A stretch of 64,000 bases of DNA from Cyanidioschyzon merolae (Eukaryota). A program made the position numbers and the translations under genes. Under the pieces are notes generated by a model. That model was not told the DNA's origin. It searched no databases and saw only the letters and a list, made by a program, of their open reading frames with translations. Within the stretch, counting starts at the first letter, position 1; the number at the start of each line of letters is the position of its first letter. Positions 35,339 through 47,860 of the stretch are shown here, in pieces. Location: the NCBI GenBank assembly GCA_000091205.1, contig AP006494.2; one strand, given 5' to 3'.

Positions 35339-36722
35339 TTTTTAAAGTTTCTTTTCTGTTTCGTTCTTAAGGGCTTGCCACGAAAGTAGCAGCTTTTCTT
35401 CAACGAAACGCACTCGAGGGTGTCCGTACGGTAGAAGCCCACAGAACCCAGCAATGTTCGAGCAACTGCTGCTGCCGCCGCCACGAATATGACCGCCGCC
35501 GCCGCCGCCGCTGCTGGCGCCACTGCCACTGAGCGCCCACCGGCGCATTCTGGAATCGTCGACGTTTGATGCGCGATGCGACGATCGCAAAGCATTTCAG
35601 TGGACTATGGATCATCTTCGAAAGCGGGATACACACTGACTTACGGAAAAGCGTCCATCATGCTGCTGCACCCTATCTCCGATATCCGTTACCTGTTCCC
35701 GGGTGTACTGGTTATTCTCGCAGGTTCCACTGTGCGCCTAAGCTGTCTTGAGCACCCGCAATAGCGCCTGTGCCGTTGAAGCAAATGCATCACGGGGACA
35801 GAACGGCTTTGACCTACAACTGAGGGCGTCGGCTCAAGGCGTGGTTTGCGCGATACGGGTCCGGAGTACATAATCATGCTGGGGGCCAGCAACCTGCGCA
35901 GACTGACCTGCTGCCCGCGGCAGCGCGAAGCGATAGACTAGGAGTCCACTAGAATCAGAGCGACGCTAAGACGCAGCCTAACTGCCCCTAATCCCGGAAT
36001 AAACTGCGTTCCGGACGAGTTGTTCAGATCTCGGCACGGCACCCGCGAATGGGTGGAACATGAAGCAAGCGCCTGGCGGACTCGTCCGGCCCGCGGGACC
36101 TTCCGCCTAGGAGGCAAACTTTCGACAATATGGAAACCTTTTCCCCTGTTTTAAAGTTTACCGTAGAGGGGGAAAGAAATATGTATATACATGCTGGTGC
36201 ATCGAGAGTCTCTGTTCCTTATTCTTAATAGGGCGCTCGATACGCGCACCTGGGAGATCTGGCTGTAACGAGACACGACGCGCATCTCGCCTTTGAAGCG
36301 AAACGCGATGCTCATAGTTAGCGTGCTAGTCTATCGTACAAGATGTATTTGCGTTACAGTCGTAGCCAAGTATAGTGTCTCATCTCAGTTTTGTTTCAGC
36401 CTTCAAGTGGCTATGTTCAAGTGATCATTACGAGTTTATAACATACGCGTTCAAAGTGGGTTCTTCATCAAAACTAAAGATAGAAAGTTCTGGAAAAGGA
36501 AGTAGAGGATCCTGGAGGGTGGCTGTAGCCGGCCGCCGAAAAACAAAACGAAAAACAGTGCCGAGCAAAGAGCAACAGGTGATGACGAAGAAGCAGGAGG
36601 GTGAGCCAGACATCAGAAGCTGCCCGAGAGACGACAGTACGACGAGATGGATATGAAAGCGTTTCCTCTACGCCTAATCAAGGATTCCTACGAGCAAAAG
36701 TAGCAAGAGGCTATCAGAAACC

Positions 36723-38670
36723 GTGCCGAGTCGTACTCCAGCAATGTTTGTAACGCATCTTTTCGGACTAATGCATTTGGTTAATGGGATGGAAGAGGAC
36801 GTGACGGATATCATAGCAGTCGATATTCCGGGTGAAATTTTCAACAAGACCTTTATTCGTCACATGATGCTTGGCACCGGGGAAACGTCGAGGAGAAATG
36901 AACGAGTACACGCCTTACACGAAAATCACGCCGAATACCGCTTCAACGGTACTAGATACAGGGGCGACGCAGATATTTACCGCCACGGGACAATGAAGTA
37001 CCTCACGAATTTGAAGAACCAATTCACCATGAACATGAAAGGCTTCATGATACGCTCCATCTTTGCGCTGTACCCGGGCCTGTCTCGCAGAGGGACACAG
37101 GCCATCATCGACGGCATCGCGAACGATAGTAAGAATGAACAGAAGATCGAATTCGTCGACGATAAGACATCACACAGGAGAAAGAACGAGGCTTCTGTAA
37201 TCCGTGCGGCAATTAAAGAGCACCGTGCAGTCTTGGGCCTTGTCAACCCAGCAGAGAAGCTAAGAAATATGAAAAAAGATGATGAAAGATGTTATCCCCT
37301 AATCCTGCGCTATTTCGTGTTTCTGGAGCGAGAACTCGAACGCATGCTGGAGATGACGCTGAATGAGGAAGAAAATGAAGAGTCGCAGAAATGGAAGGCT
37401 GTCCTAATGGAGAACCGCTTCAATGTCGTTCCGTTATGCAACATCAAGTCACAATTTGTGGCTATAGACTCCAGCGTCCTTCATGGCATGATCAGGGAGA
37501 TCTGTCCGGAGTTCGATGTTAGCAGGAAGGAGAACTCCGGTGAAAACCGGGAGACGTACTGGAAGAATATCCTCGATTTCAAACGTCTCAAAACGAGTAA
37601 GCAAAAGGTATTCACTGGGTTGATCGAAACCGATGGGGTAACCATTTGTGGACACTATCGGATGTTGATGGCAGATCGTCCTGGTCCGTCTTCGATATCG
37701 CCCGTGACGAAGCATGAAATAAAGAAGAAGGTGGATCCTTCGACGCAGCAGATGCAGGAGAACGACTTTCGTTGTCGGCCTTGACCCCGGGAACACGAAT
37801 ATCGTTACAATCGCAGGACCCACGCGAGAGGAAGATGGTATCAAAGGCAAGTTGCGTCAGAAAGACATACGGCTTTGGAAGTTCTCAAGAGCTGGGTACT
37901 GCCGAGAGTTTGGGTTAATGAATCCAAGGATATAGAATGAGAAGCGGAACGCAGGAGTGAAGAAGCACCTAGAAGCGATCGGTAGCATAGCGAGCCGCGA
38001 AGCAAACTGTCAAGCTTTTCGGGATTTGATAGAAACTCAAGCTGCTCATCAGGAGAAGCAGTGGAAAGAGTATACAAAGCCCCGGTGGGTTCGTCAGCGT
38101 ATGAACTTGTACGGAGGGAGACAGCGTACATTCACCAACTCCTTCAATGATTGTACGCCCTCAAGAAGGACACGAGTCAAAGGCTCGTAGTGGCTAGCGG
38201 AGCAGGGCGCTGGGCGTCCAGAAAATGGAAGCATACCGGCTCCATCGACAAGAGCGTACAAGGAGTGCGCAGAGCGTTTTGTCACTGAATTGGTGGATGA
38301 GTTCCGAACGGCCTACGTGCATCATGAACGGGGGTTTACACTCCTGCCAGTCGAGATGGATGGTGCCAACCGAACGCTGAGGATACAGAAAAGTACGGAG
38401 AGCGGACAGAGCACAAAATGACACAGTGAGCGCGAGTTCGAGGACTCCTTGCACTGGTGAGTACAAGCGGTGGCATGGAACGCATGCAGTTTGTGGACCT
38501 GGACTTCAACGCTGGTATTGATATCAGGGGATATGAGGTGCTGGCGCGGAGACCCGAGGAGCTGACACGAGCGAACTTTGTGGGCAGCTTCTCAGGGTCG
38601 AAGCGCACAAGGAGAAACTGAAGCTTACAGCAATCGGCCGGTCGAAAAAGGCTGGGAGGCGTCTGCAGGT
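36723..38670 (+). mobile_element. Fanzor/TnpB-like element, copy 3. It is nearly full length but pseudogenised. Its 5' end may extend to about 36375.
   Basis: A 353-aa N-terminal ORF (36723..37784) is followed, in a shifted frame, by [17 protein letters not shown] (RuvC-I-like) at about 37770-37810. Then comes a stop, then ...MNLYGGRQRTF.../...SQRLVVASGAGRW.../APSTRAYKECAERFVTELVDEFRTAY (pre-zinc-finger motif with the Cys lost). VDLDFNAGIDI (RuvC-III) follows at about 38497-38530. The element ends in cggccggtcgaaaaaggctgggaggcgtct. Confidence 0.6.
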
Positions 38671-40693
38671 CGGTGTATATAAATACACGCGACAGACGTA
38701 CGGTACGAAAACACGTCGATTAATGCCTGTACGCCCGGTGTACGCATTGAGGGGGCTCTTCGTTCGTTTGACGGAACGTTCGCATTGAAAGGAATTCCCG
38801 CTTGTGCGCTTGCTATCGGCGCTCGGAGAGTTCAGCCGGGAATGCGTGCTGCAGAAGCGCGCGCAAAAAGTTCATAATGCATATAGGAACAAAACTGCCC
38901 ACAATGTGTGTTGATAAGAGGTAAACATAATAACATGGGTCATGCTGGTGAGTTCGAGACGCTTTCTCTGGGACACGGGATAGGTGATTCGCAGCGTTGC
39001 AGAGTATGGTTGTCTTGTAAGTAACAGAGTTCTTCAGTGGCTGTTGGAGCGCTGCATCCACTGCAGACTGCAATCTCACCCGATCGCCTGCTTGGGAAAG
39101 GCCGACTTGTTTCCATGTTGTTCAAATTTTCCAAAAGACTTGTGAAACGTTGTCATGTCGATTCGTCATAAAACCGGTAAAAATCAAACAGTAAGTTGGA
39201 GGTACAGGTCGCGAACCCAACGAGCTGGCACGACGTTGCAACGATGTGTAAGCACGCGTTGAGCGGTTACCTCTTGCCTCTACGGTTTTTTGGCAATGAT
39301 TTCCGGTGCAATGGTCAACGAGTGCTCGTTCCATGTAAACATTGCTTATCCTGCCTGGTGGATAGCAACATCATGAAGCCAGCATATTCTAGGTGCAGGC
39401 GCGGGTACCTGCCGAAAAATGACGCTAGAGTCAGATGAGTGTCCCTAGGTGTCAATGCAGCAGGCCGCTAAAGCATTTCGTTTCGCTTGGTCTTCGAGAA
39501 AGAGACGCAGGGCATGTCCATCTGCATGACCAGCGGTTGCAATTGCATGCACCGGAGGTTGCATCCACAGGTCAATACTCAAATCCAGGAGCAGCAGCTT
39601 CCGAATGGTGGATGAAAAACGCCAAAGTCAATGCCAGAGACGCGCTGAAAACCGTGTTGATGGACGGGATGTGTACACGTGATCTCAGATCTCGATCAGG
39701 TTCCACGAAATGCTCCGTTCCTGTTTTTGTGTCGATTTCGCCCCAAAACCTGCATCCGAACCATGTATACAGTGCACAGAATGAGGGCAATCATGTTTAG
39801 CTGCTGCGCGTAACGTCCAAACCGCTGCCCAAGATGCCTGTGAAAACTGCTTCACGCTAGTTTTTCGTTCCCTGGCGCCGCAGTTAACGAGCCAGACGGT
39901 AGAATACTCGAGTTCCACGAGTGGTTGAACCAATGCGCCTGCCCTGGCGTTTGCGATCGACCAGTATCCCTCGGGAATGCGCTTCAGGCGGCTTAAGTTC
40001 GCTCCTTTTCACTTGCACATCCTCGCATTTCGTTGCGATCGGTTGCGTCGAGTTGTGAGCACATTTGCCGAATATAATCCGTACTGCGTCTGCAGCTTGT
40101 GCATTTGCTACCTGCTCGTCCAATGTCACCACAGTAGCCAGGTTCCGTGCGGTCGCGTCGGAGAATCTCCAGCTCGCTGGACGGACAGAAAGCCCGGCGC
40201 CGCTCTCTCTCGTAGTTTGTTCCTCATCTCGCCATCTTTTCAATACGTTTCAGCGGCAAATGTACGGCATAGATGAGGCATCACACGACAACAGTCTCAA
40301 AGTTTGAATCAACGGTACGCTTTAAAGATGTAGAGCACGATGTGTTCAAGATTTATCAGCTTTCGTCGACCGCATTTGTTTCAATTCATGTATCACATTG
40401 CGGAAAACAAGTCGTTTTCGTTTTTAAAAGAATTCAGAGCGGCAAGCAGCCTCGAAAGTGCCAGGGTCTGGCGCCGCCTTCTCCGCTGCTGAGTAAGCAA
40501 GAGCGTTTGCACCTGTCATCACGCTCCAGAACGAACACTTACGTGTCAGGCGTGCCTTTCGGTCTCGCGACGGCATCTTGACCTTTCTCGCGTACTTTGA
40601 TCATCAAGCGCTTCGGAGGCGGTCAGCGCGCTTTCATAGGGCACGGCCGTACGCAGGTTCATGAGTCGGGCGACGTGGAGACCAACCCGCATC

Positions 40694-42028
40694 TCATTTA
40701 AACAGTTTGCGTCTAAGGAGGGTGCGGTCGAACCTCGTGGTGCGCTTCACCGGTATATACCGCCACAGCACTGCCATCGAGCTGCCCATAAGCGCCATCC
40801 ACACCACGCTCACCGCTGAGGGCACCCGAACAGCAAATTCTTTGAAATGGAGTTTCGCGAGCAGAAACCCAAAGGCAGAGCTCTTCATCGCAGTTTCGAT
40901 AGCAATTGTTCGACAAACGACTTCATTGTACCCGAGAAAACGGGGGATAAAGTAACCAAGGCCACCGCCGAGTAAGTGCAGTAGAAATACAGGGATCTGG
41001 AGCGAGAGGCCCGCTGCGAGAATAGGTTGAGCCACCTGTGCAACTGCACTGCCTACCAGAAGACACGTTGAAATCACGCCTATCAAGGGAGAGAAAGGTA
41101 AAATCCGCTGTACAATGCGATTCGCATAGCGATTCAATAGCATGCCCGTAGCGATCGGAGCAAGCACCACCTGCAGCGTAGAGAGGGCGATCCCCAGGGC
41201 ATCCACGGAAACGACGGCACCGATGAGGACCTTGCAAAGGAACGGTGTCATGAAGATGGCACCTATCGTGGAGCACGTTGTCATCATCACGCTAAGCGCG
41301 ACATTTCCATTAGCAATATAGGTGCAGAGATTGCTCGCTTGGCCACCATTGATGGAACCGACGAGCACAAGGCCGGCGATTAGCTCCGGGGAGAGCCCCA
41401 TCAAGTGCCCTAGCAGCAGCGCCAGTAAAGGCATAAGGGCGTAGCATCCAAGGAAGCCGACGCCGATCGCACCAGGGCGTCGGAGGACTCGAGCAAAGTC
41501 ACGCGGCGTCAACGTAATGCCCATGGAAAGCATGAGTATGGCGAGGCCTAGCGTAAAATACGAAGTAGACACCCAGAGGAAAGTCTCTGGGCGCCGCAGA
41601 GCAATGACAGCTGAAATGAGCGTCCAGAGAGGAAAAAGATTTGTCGCCAGCGTCGAGTACCGAACAAAGCGCTCCCATAGCGACGCGCGCACCGGACTGG
41701 AGCTTTCCAGTGTTGTTGAGGGCGCGAGTGCGCTACCACCGGCAGCCGATCCGAGCGGTGACCCCGCCGCACCAGACCCTGATAGAGAGGATTTCGCCTG
41801 GAGCTTTTGCATGTCGTCTCGATCACTGCTACCAAACTGACATCCACGCAGTCGCAGAGGAGCCGGCAGCGCTGCGACTGGTTGCTGCCGCGGGACGCCC
41901 TGCCGCAGCGACTTGCCCACTGGGTTGGTGCGGCCTGACCATCGAGTCGCGGGTGACCAAATCCTAGAGTAGCCAGCACAAGTTGTTAAGAAACTTAACT
42001 CACCTAAATGTAAGCTGTAGCGTGGCAT
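40694..42028 (-). CDS. Bile acid:sodium symporter (BASS/SBF) family transporter with an N-terminal extension of about 110 aa.
   Basis: Multiple transmembrane helices are present, with the family motif GLVLVGSINGGQASNLCTYIANGNVALSVMMT. The first ATG is at 42028; the caller's start is TTG. Confidence 0.7.
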   Translation of the reverse strand: MPRYSLHLGELSFLTTCAGYSRIWSPATRWSGRTNPVGKSLRQGVPRQQPVAALPAPLRLRGCQFGSSDRDDMQKLQAKSSLSGSGAAGSPLGSAAGGSALAPSTTLESSSPVRASLWERFVRYSTLATNLFPLWTLISAVIALRRPETFLWVSTSYFTLGLAILMLSMGITLTPRDFARVLRRPGAIGVGFLGCYALMPLLALLLGHLMGLSPELIAGLVLVGSINGGQASNLCTYIANGNVALSVMMTTCSTIGAIFMTPFLCKVLIGAVVSVDALGIALSTLQVVLAPIATGMLLNRYANRIVQRILPFSPLIGVISTCLLVGSAVAQVAQPILAAGLSLQIPVFLLHLLGGGLGYFIPRFLGYNEVVCRTIAIETAMKSSAFGFLLAKLHFKEFAVRVPSAVSVVWMALMGSSMAVLWRYIPVKRTTRFDRTLLRRKLFK

Positions 42029-42685
42029 CGCTACCAAACCGAACCAACGTCAAGGTAGTGTACCTTTCGTACCTGCGTCAGGCGTTCCGGGCACTTGAAG
42101 CGATGCCGCCGGCGCAGGCGCAGCACCGCTTGTGTCCATTTTTGTATCCAAACACCGTTGTTCGGTACGGCAGTTGCGTACTCGCTGAAGCTACGTATGG
42201 AGTCAGGTGCACCGAACCAGACTCCCTAGTACAAGGGATTTCTATAGAAGATCAGGAAAGAGACCCCGGAACTTGTAGAGATCAGCTCAGATTCAAATGG
42301 CCTCGGAGGAAAGTTGTCGTCGACGACAGAGGTCAGAGCGCTGTGGCGACAGAGGCACTGCGGGCGCTTGACCTACAGTGGGCGCCTCCTGCGGCGCAAC
42401 CAGCGTTGGCGCTGCTGTTGCCCTCCAGATAAAGACCGGTTTTGGATTGCCATTGCGGGCGTTGGCTTGGCGCAAAGTTTATCCGACGCGGACCGAAGTC
42501 TCGTCGTCGGTTTGGGCTCTAAAATGGATGCGCAGGCGAGCCTGCTGCCGGGAGCGGTGCTGGATGGCACGCTGAAGGAGCTCGGCAGCCAAAGCGAAGC
42601 CTCGACGTAGGCCGCGCTAGCCTGCATCGTTCCAAAAGAACGGTGCCGTGGTCGACCTGCACCTGCCTCGCCTCAGCATCTACCG

Positions 42686-45301
42686 TCACTGAGACGGTGC
42701 GTCTGGCGCGAATGCCTCCATTAGGGCGCGGACGCGTTCAGCATCGACACCGACCGCACGGCGTTCCTCCACGGAGTAGTGGCGATGGAGGACAGCAACA
42801 AATTCGCTTAGCACTTCTTGTACGTTTTCCCGCAAGATCTCGGTCAGGACTCGACTTCCATGTGGTCCAAAGAGACGTTGCCAAAAATCCAGGATTTGCC
42901 GTAAAGCAACAGGTTGCGTTTCGAGGTTCGGATCGATGGGGACGCGGTCAAAACGCAGCAGAACGGTAGCCCAGATCTCTCGAACGCAATCGACCGTTGC
43001 AGTAGTGCCAGCTTCCCCCTTCAGAGCGGCAACATTGCTGGATGCCGCCACCTCAGCGAGAAAAACAAGTAGAGGCTGTAAAAGTTCTCGAAGTGCACGA
43101 AATACCACAGCTTCGTATGCAGCTCGGAGCTCGTCTCTTAAAGTTTCCTTCGAGTTGAGGTCCATACGTTTTGGAATGAGGTCTCGCACAGAGCCGAACA
43201 GATGACGAAGACTCACCTGACCTCGAATGATACGGGAAACCCCTGCGCGGAATTCGTCAAACGATAAATATCGGAGTTGTCGCTCTTGATCCACGATATC
43301 GAGTTGCTCAAAGAGCATAAGATTTTGGTGCAAAATCAGCAGCTGCTTGAGATAGAAAAGCTCCGCACTGTCACTGGTGGCGGCATGCGGATCCAGACGA
43401 GGCGAACTCAGCGGGCTGCGTTGGACACTGCCCTGTGTTTGACCAGGCGCCGAGGCTTTTCGCAAACTCGCTAGCGCTAACACGGAACTCTTGTCGGGTT
43501 CAAGGCTCTCTCTAGAAGCCGGCGGCTCTAGCAATGCAAGCCTCCTAGCTGCCGTTTGCAGATTTCGAATACAAGCTTCGATGGCCTCTCGGGCGAGACC
43601 CGCGAACACCAGGGCGTCAATGCGACCATGGAGAAGTGCCAAAACCTGAAGCGTAAGCAGTGTTGCTCGATAGACCGCCGACGACGGTGTACTAGTCACT
43701 GGCTGCGTGTTAGGGCCCTCCAGTGACAACTGCTGTGGCCCATGTCCCCGATTAGGACGTTGGAAATGAGCGTAGAGAGCCTGCAGGTCTCCGTCTGATG
43801 GCTGAAAACGGAGAATTTGATCACGAATGAATAACTGCGCTCGATAGATTGTGCGCTCACGGGTGTCCGCCAATAACGAAGTAACCGGCTCTGTAAAGCA
43901 TGACGCAACCAGATCTGAAGTCGAACGCGAAAGCTCAGTTTCCATCGCTTCTTTCTGCAGAAAATCAATGCATCGAACGAGCGCGTCAAGATCACTTTCC
44001 TGCAGCACTCGCGGCAGAATGTAGATCGAGATAAGGTCAGCGATTGATCGCAGCCACTGACGGAGCGCAGATAAGGGTTGCGCTTTTGCCCCAAGAGATA
44101 CACGAAGCAGCATATCCTGGGTAGTCTCGGATGAGGGCAGCATCAGAGCCTGAAAGAGCTGGAGCTCCATGGTACAAACTTTAAGCAGCATCGTCGTTGT
44201 CGAACGTGCTGCGAGATCCAGCTCTTCAGCGCTTGCAGCAAGTCGTGCCTGCTCTTGGGCCAGCGGAAGCACGAGTCGTCGTCGTTGCTCCACAAAAAGC
44301 ATCTCGCATTTTGCGAAGAACTGCATGGTCTCAGGAGAATCGGCGGGTGCCAGGTTACAGATGGCATCCATGAACTGGCGAGTCTGCTTGCTTAGCTGCC
44401 GGAAGCGAAGGTTGACGATTGCATCTTCGCGATCAGGAGCTTGTAGCCGTCGCTGGTCGGCAGGTAATCGGGAAAGCTCCATAGCAAGGCCTGACGTTAG
44501 GTGTCTCACCAGGACTCCAAGATGCGAACAAGTGAGCTCTCGCGCTCGCTGCAGGATTTTTTCGAGCCGGTCATGTTCCGTGGCGCTCCAAACGCTGTTG
44601 CTGCTGTTGCTGCTCCCGTGTGCTGCAGCCAGTTCCGCTGAGTGTGCGAGAGCACCGCTGTGCTGCATACGCTCCTGGCACATACCCAACGCAACGAGCA
44701 CGTCGTGAATATCGTTACCTACACCGTCCGCATCCAACGAAGAGGTTCGAAGCGAGGCCATCTCGACCGTATCCAGCTTCTGACTTAAGCGCTCCAATTC
44801 TTCCCATAACTCCAAGCGCTCACGCATGCTTTGTGCTTTTCGTTCCAGCACCGTCTTCTTTGTGTACGCGTCCTTGAGTGTAGCTCGAAACATCGAGAGA
44901 TCTTTTTGTGCTTGCGTGCAGCGAGTCTCCATTTCCTCAAGAGTGGTTAGGAAACTTTGTACTTGCTCGAGGGCGTTCCGCACTCTCTCCAGATCCACTT
45001 CTATGTCGTGCTGAATGCGTTCGAGAGCGCTGCGTCGTACGTCCTCTAGCTGTAGATCAATCACGTCGAGTTCGGTGCCGAGAGCCGATTCTTGTTCAGG
45101 CGTAAAGTCTCCGGATGTATCCGCTCGGAAAACGCTTGATTCCTGATCATCTTCTGCGACTGTTTCGAAGAAATCGGCCCTGCTGAAGAGCTCACGCGCC
45201 CTCAGGAACAGTTGCTCTTGAGTCTCGCGTAGTGCGGGGTCCCCGTCGTAGACGGCATCAAGAGACTCCCACCGCGCGAAGGTATCCTCTGCAACTTTCA
45301 T
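42686..45301 (-). CDS. Hypothetical protein of about 870 aa with an N-terminal coiled coil followed by a long helical region. It is possibly a subunit of a CATCHR-type vesicle-tethering complex, but that is speculative.
   Basis: A long ORF with its first ATG at 45301 (the caller's start at 45367 is TTG). It is Leu/Glu/Arg-rich with heptad-like N-terminal segments. No diagnostic motif was recognised. Confidence 0.45.
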   Translation of the reverse strand: MKVAEDTFARWESLDAVYDGDPALRETQEQLFLRARELFSRADFFETVAEDDQESSVFRADTSGDFTPEQESALGTELDVIDLQLEDVRRSALERIQHDIEVDLERVRNALEQVQSFLTTLEEMETRCTQAQKDLSMFRATLKDAYTKKTVLERKAQSMRERLELWEELERLSQKLDTVEMASLRTSSLDADGVGNDIHDVLVALGMCQERMQHSGALAHSAELAAAHGSSNSSNSVWSATEHDRLEKILQRARELTCSHLGVLVRHLTSGLAMELSRLPADQRRLQAPDREDAIVNLRFRQLSKQTRQFMDAICNLAPADSPETMQFFAKCEMLFVEQRRRLVLPLAQEQARLAASAEELDLAARSTTTMLLKVCTMELQLFQALMLPSSETTQDMLLRVSLGAKAQPLSALRQWLRSIADLISIYILPRVLQESDLDALVRCIDFLQKEAMETELSRSTSDLVASCFTEPVTSLLADTRERTIYRAQLFIRDQILRFQPSDGDLQALYAHFQRPNRGHGPQQLSLEGPNTQPVTSTPSSAVYRATLLTLQVLALLHGRIDALVFAGLAREAIEACIRNLQTAARRLALLEPPASRESLEPDKSSVLALASLRKASAPGQTQGSVQRSPLSSPRLDPHAATSDSAELFYLKQLLILHQNLMLFEQLDIVDQERQLRYLSFDEFRAGVSRIIRGQVSLRHLFGSVRDLIPKRMDLNSKETLRDELRAAYEAVVFRALRELLQPLLVFLAEVAASSNVAALKGEAGTTATVDCVREIWATVLLRFDRVPIDPNLETQPVALRQILDFWQRLFGPHGSRVLTEILRENVQEVLSEFVAVLHRHYSVEERRAVGVDAERVRALMEAFAPDAPSQ

Positions 45302-47101
45302 ACAAGCAGCAAGCGGTGGAAAAGTTTCTCCTAACCTTGAAACGCGAAGGAACTGAAATATTGGCAACGAAGCACAGGCTCACCGTGAAAGAAGCACCGG
45401 GTTTCGCACGAGCGACGTGGTCCTTACTCGCGTCGGATTGAAATGCATCACTAAACTGCTCGTTCCGTTCCAGATTTGCGTTTTTTCTCCGAATTTTTTT
45501 TATAGATCTATAGCATATACACTCGAAGTGCAGCAATTGGGACTTGCGAACTTCCACGTCGATTTAGAATTCGCGGTCGTCTTTGCATGGTGGCAGCTTC
45601 GATTCTTTGCCTTTGGAATTCGGTACGTCCCAGGAATCAAGATGATTTGCGACTCCCTCAAGGAAGGATGCGTGAAATAACCGATATCATCATCAATGCA
45701 TGCGTGAACGTCTCCGCTAATCTCCTTTCTTTACGCGTAGCACGCCCAAATCCTGAATTCTAAAGCTTATGCATTTTTCTGTTTCAGGGCAAATAATGAG
45801 TGCTGCAATTCGTGCCGCTCCATGTGCAAAGAAAAACGCCCAAAGTCCTCACTTGATTACTTGTTCATAATCACATACTAAAAGTTAACTGAGCTTATTA
45901 AGTCAAAGAGTCGATACCATTCAAAAGACAAATCCTCTTCTCTTCGCGCCCATTAAAGAAACGGTATTCGGTATCAGCGTGATATCCCTCATCGGATAGG
46001 CCCCAGAGGATCCCGCCCTGTCTGTTTCCATGGAAAAAAATCATGAACTCGGTCTCCAGTCATCCCAGCGTTCGCCTTCAGTGGCGACCGCGTCACTACT
46101 TCGGAAGACGGGAGCTTAGATGGACCGAAACTTCGCGACATGATCTCCAGCCTGGATTTTCATTCCGGTACATGTTTCAGTATGGACAGCATCGCGCTCC
46201 ATGAATCCTCTGTCGAATGGGGCAGCGTGCGCCTCCACCTGCAGCAGACAAAGCAGCCGCCGGGGCCAACTTCCAGACGATGCCCGTAATCGTAGGGTAC
46301 GGCACTGGGCGCGGAAGCGGAGCAGCATATCCTGGGAAGCCTTCTGTGCCTGTCAGGGGCATGCACCGATCCATGAAGCAGGCGTTCGCATACCACAGGC
46401 CGGAGCCCTGATGAGGAGGTATGGTGGGCGTACGGGCGCACCTGATTACGCTCAAGTGTCATCGCTGCGATGGACGCACCGAGGCTATATGGAAAGAAGA
46501 TGGAAACTTCAAGAGCAGCTTGCATCGCAACTACCGTCTGTGTATGCACCGTTTCGACTCCAGTCTGAAGCGGCAAAATCGGGGCTTAACTTTGCCAAAA
46601 ACATCCTTCCGTTGCTGACAAGAGAGCTGTAGTGAAAGGAGAGATCAGCGTGTTTGAAGCCAAAGATAAAAGGAGCAGGATGCAGTCGCAGAAAAGTCCT
46701 GCAACGGCTGGTGTTGATGACAATTGGACGAGGCCCAAACTCTAACATGTACATCTGAGTTAGAGAACTTCCATTCCATTCTGACACGATTCTATGAACG
46801 GTACGCGCTCTGTGGTATTTCGGTTTGCTCAGCGCTGTGGACCTCCGGAAATACCCACGCATGGGGTCTAAATTGGCAAACATTGTATTTCTAGGATTCA
46901 TGCACCGTCCGGACCCGTGTCCGACGACTGCTGCGGAGGCCGGCAAAATGTCGCTCTCTACTGGAAGCGGTTTCCCCCAGATCGACGGACACACGATGAA
47001 CATGACGATGCCAGGTTACAGTGAATGCGCGTGCGTTTCCGAAGCGGCTAAGAAATGTGCTCGAAAAGCGCGCATTCCGAGATGTTCAGTCATCTATACA
47101 T

Positions 47102-47860
47102 TCAGAGATCAAATACTTCAAAAGGCGGAGACTCCCAAACCTCAAATGGTCGTACATACGGTGCTGCAACAAGCAGCCGATTCATATCGAGTGCCATGAG
47201 GGTCTTATTCACTGCTTTTTCGGAAGCAGCTACGTTCAGAAGCAGATGCGCCAAAGTGCTTCGATGTATGGTTCCAAAACCGACCTTGCTTTCACTGACA
47301 ATAGCACGGCTGTCGGCGTCACCATGCTCGAGCGCGCCGGGGCGCACAATCGTATACGGCAGACCACTCTCACGGACATACTGTTCGACTCGAGATAGTT
47401 CCAGGAGAAGCGGCCTTAGTACATCAAATGCCTGCGACGGTATAGCGTCTTCAGAGTCACCGCAACCGAGTAAAGTCACGAGAACCAGTCGCGTTTTCGA
47501 TCGGGGCTCGTTCGTCTCCCCTTGCGCTCGTAGAAGGTCGATCACGACCTGGTTTTCGCGAAAGATGCTTCGTCTCCTCAGTCCTAGATCGTCATCGTTT
47601 ATCGAAAAGAGCGTTCTCGGGTTGTAGTGTTCCAGATCTGTTGCAGCGCACTCCAGAAAATCTACACCTGGACCCGGAAAGTGCAAACCAGCTCCAGCGC
47701 TGTGGCTCTCTATCGGGTCACGCGCACCGATAACACCGATAGCATCTGGCCGAAGAGATGGATCAGGTGTACGGGTCAATGCACCGACGAGCTCTTGACC
47801 AAGCGGCGAATTCGCGCCTGTGACGCAAACTCGTCCGAGTTTGCTGCGCGACTGTTGCAT
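47102..47860 (-). CDS. NAD(P)-binding Rossmann-fold protein, NmrA-like / atypical SDR.
   Basis: The N-terminal dinucleotide-binding motif reads RVCVTGANSPLGQELVGAL. The ATG at 47860 is the most plausible start; the caller's ORF extends to 48010 with a TTG. Confidence 0.45.
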   Translation of the reverse strand: MQQSRSKLGRVCVTGANSPLGQELVGALTRTPDPSLRPDAIGVIGARDPIESHSAGAGLHFPGPGVDFLECAATDLEHYNPRTLFSINDDDLGLRRRSIFRENQVVIDLLRAQGETNEPRSKTRLVLVTLLGCGDSEDAIPSQAFDVLRPLLLELSRVEQYVRESGLPYTIVRPGALEHGDADSRAIVSESKVGFGTIHRSTLAHLLLNVAASEKAVNKTLMALDMNRLLVAAPYVRPFEVWESPPFEVFDL

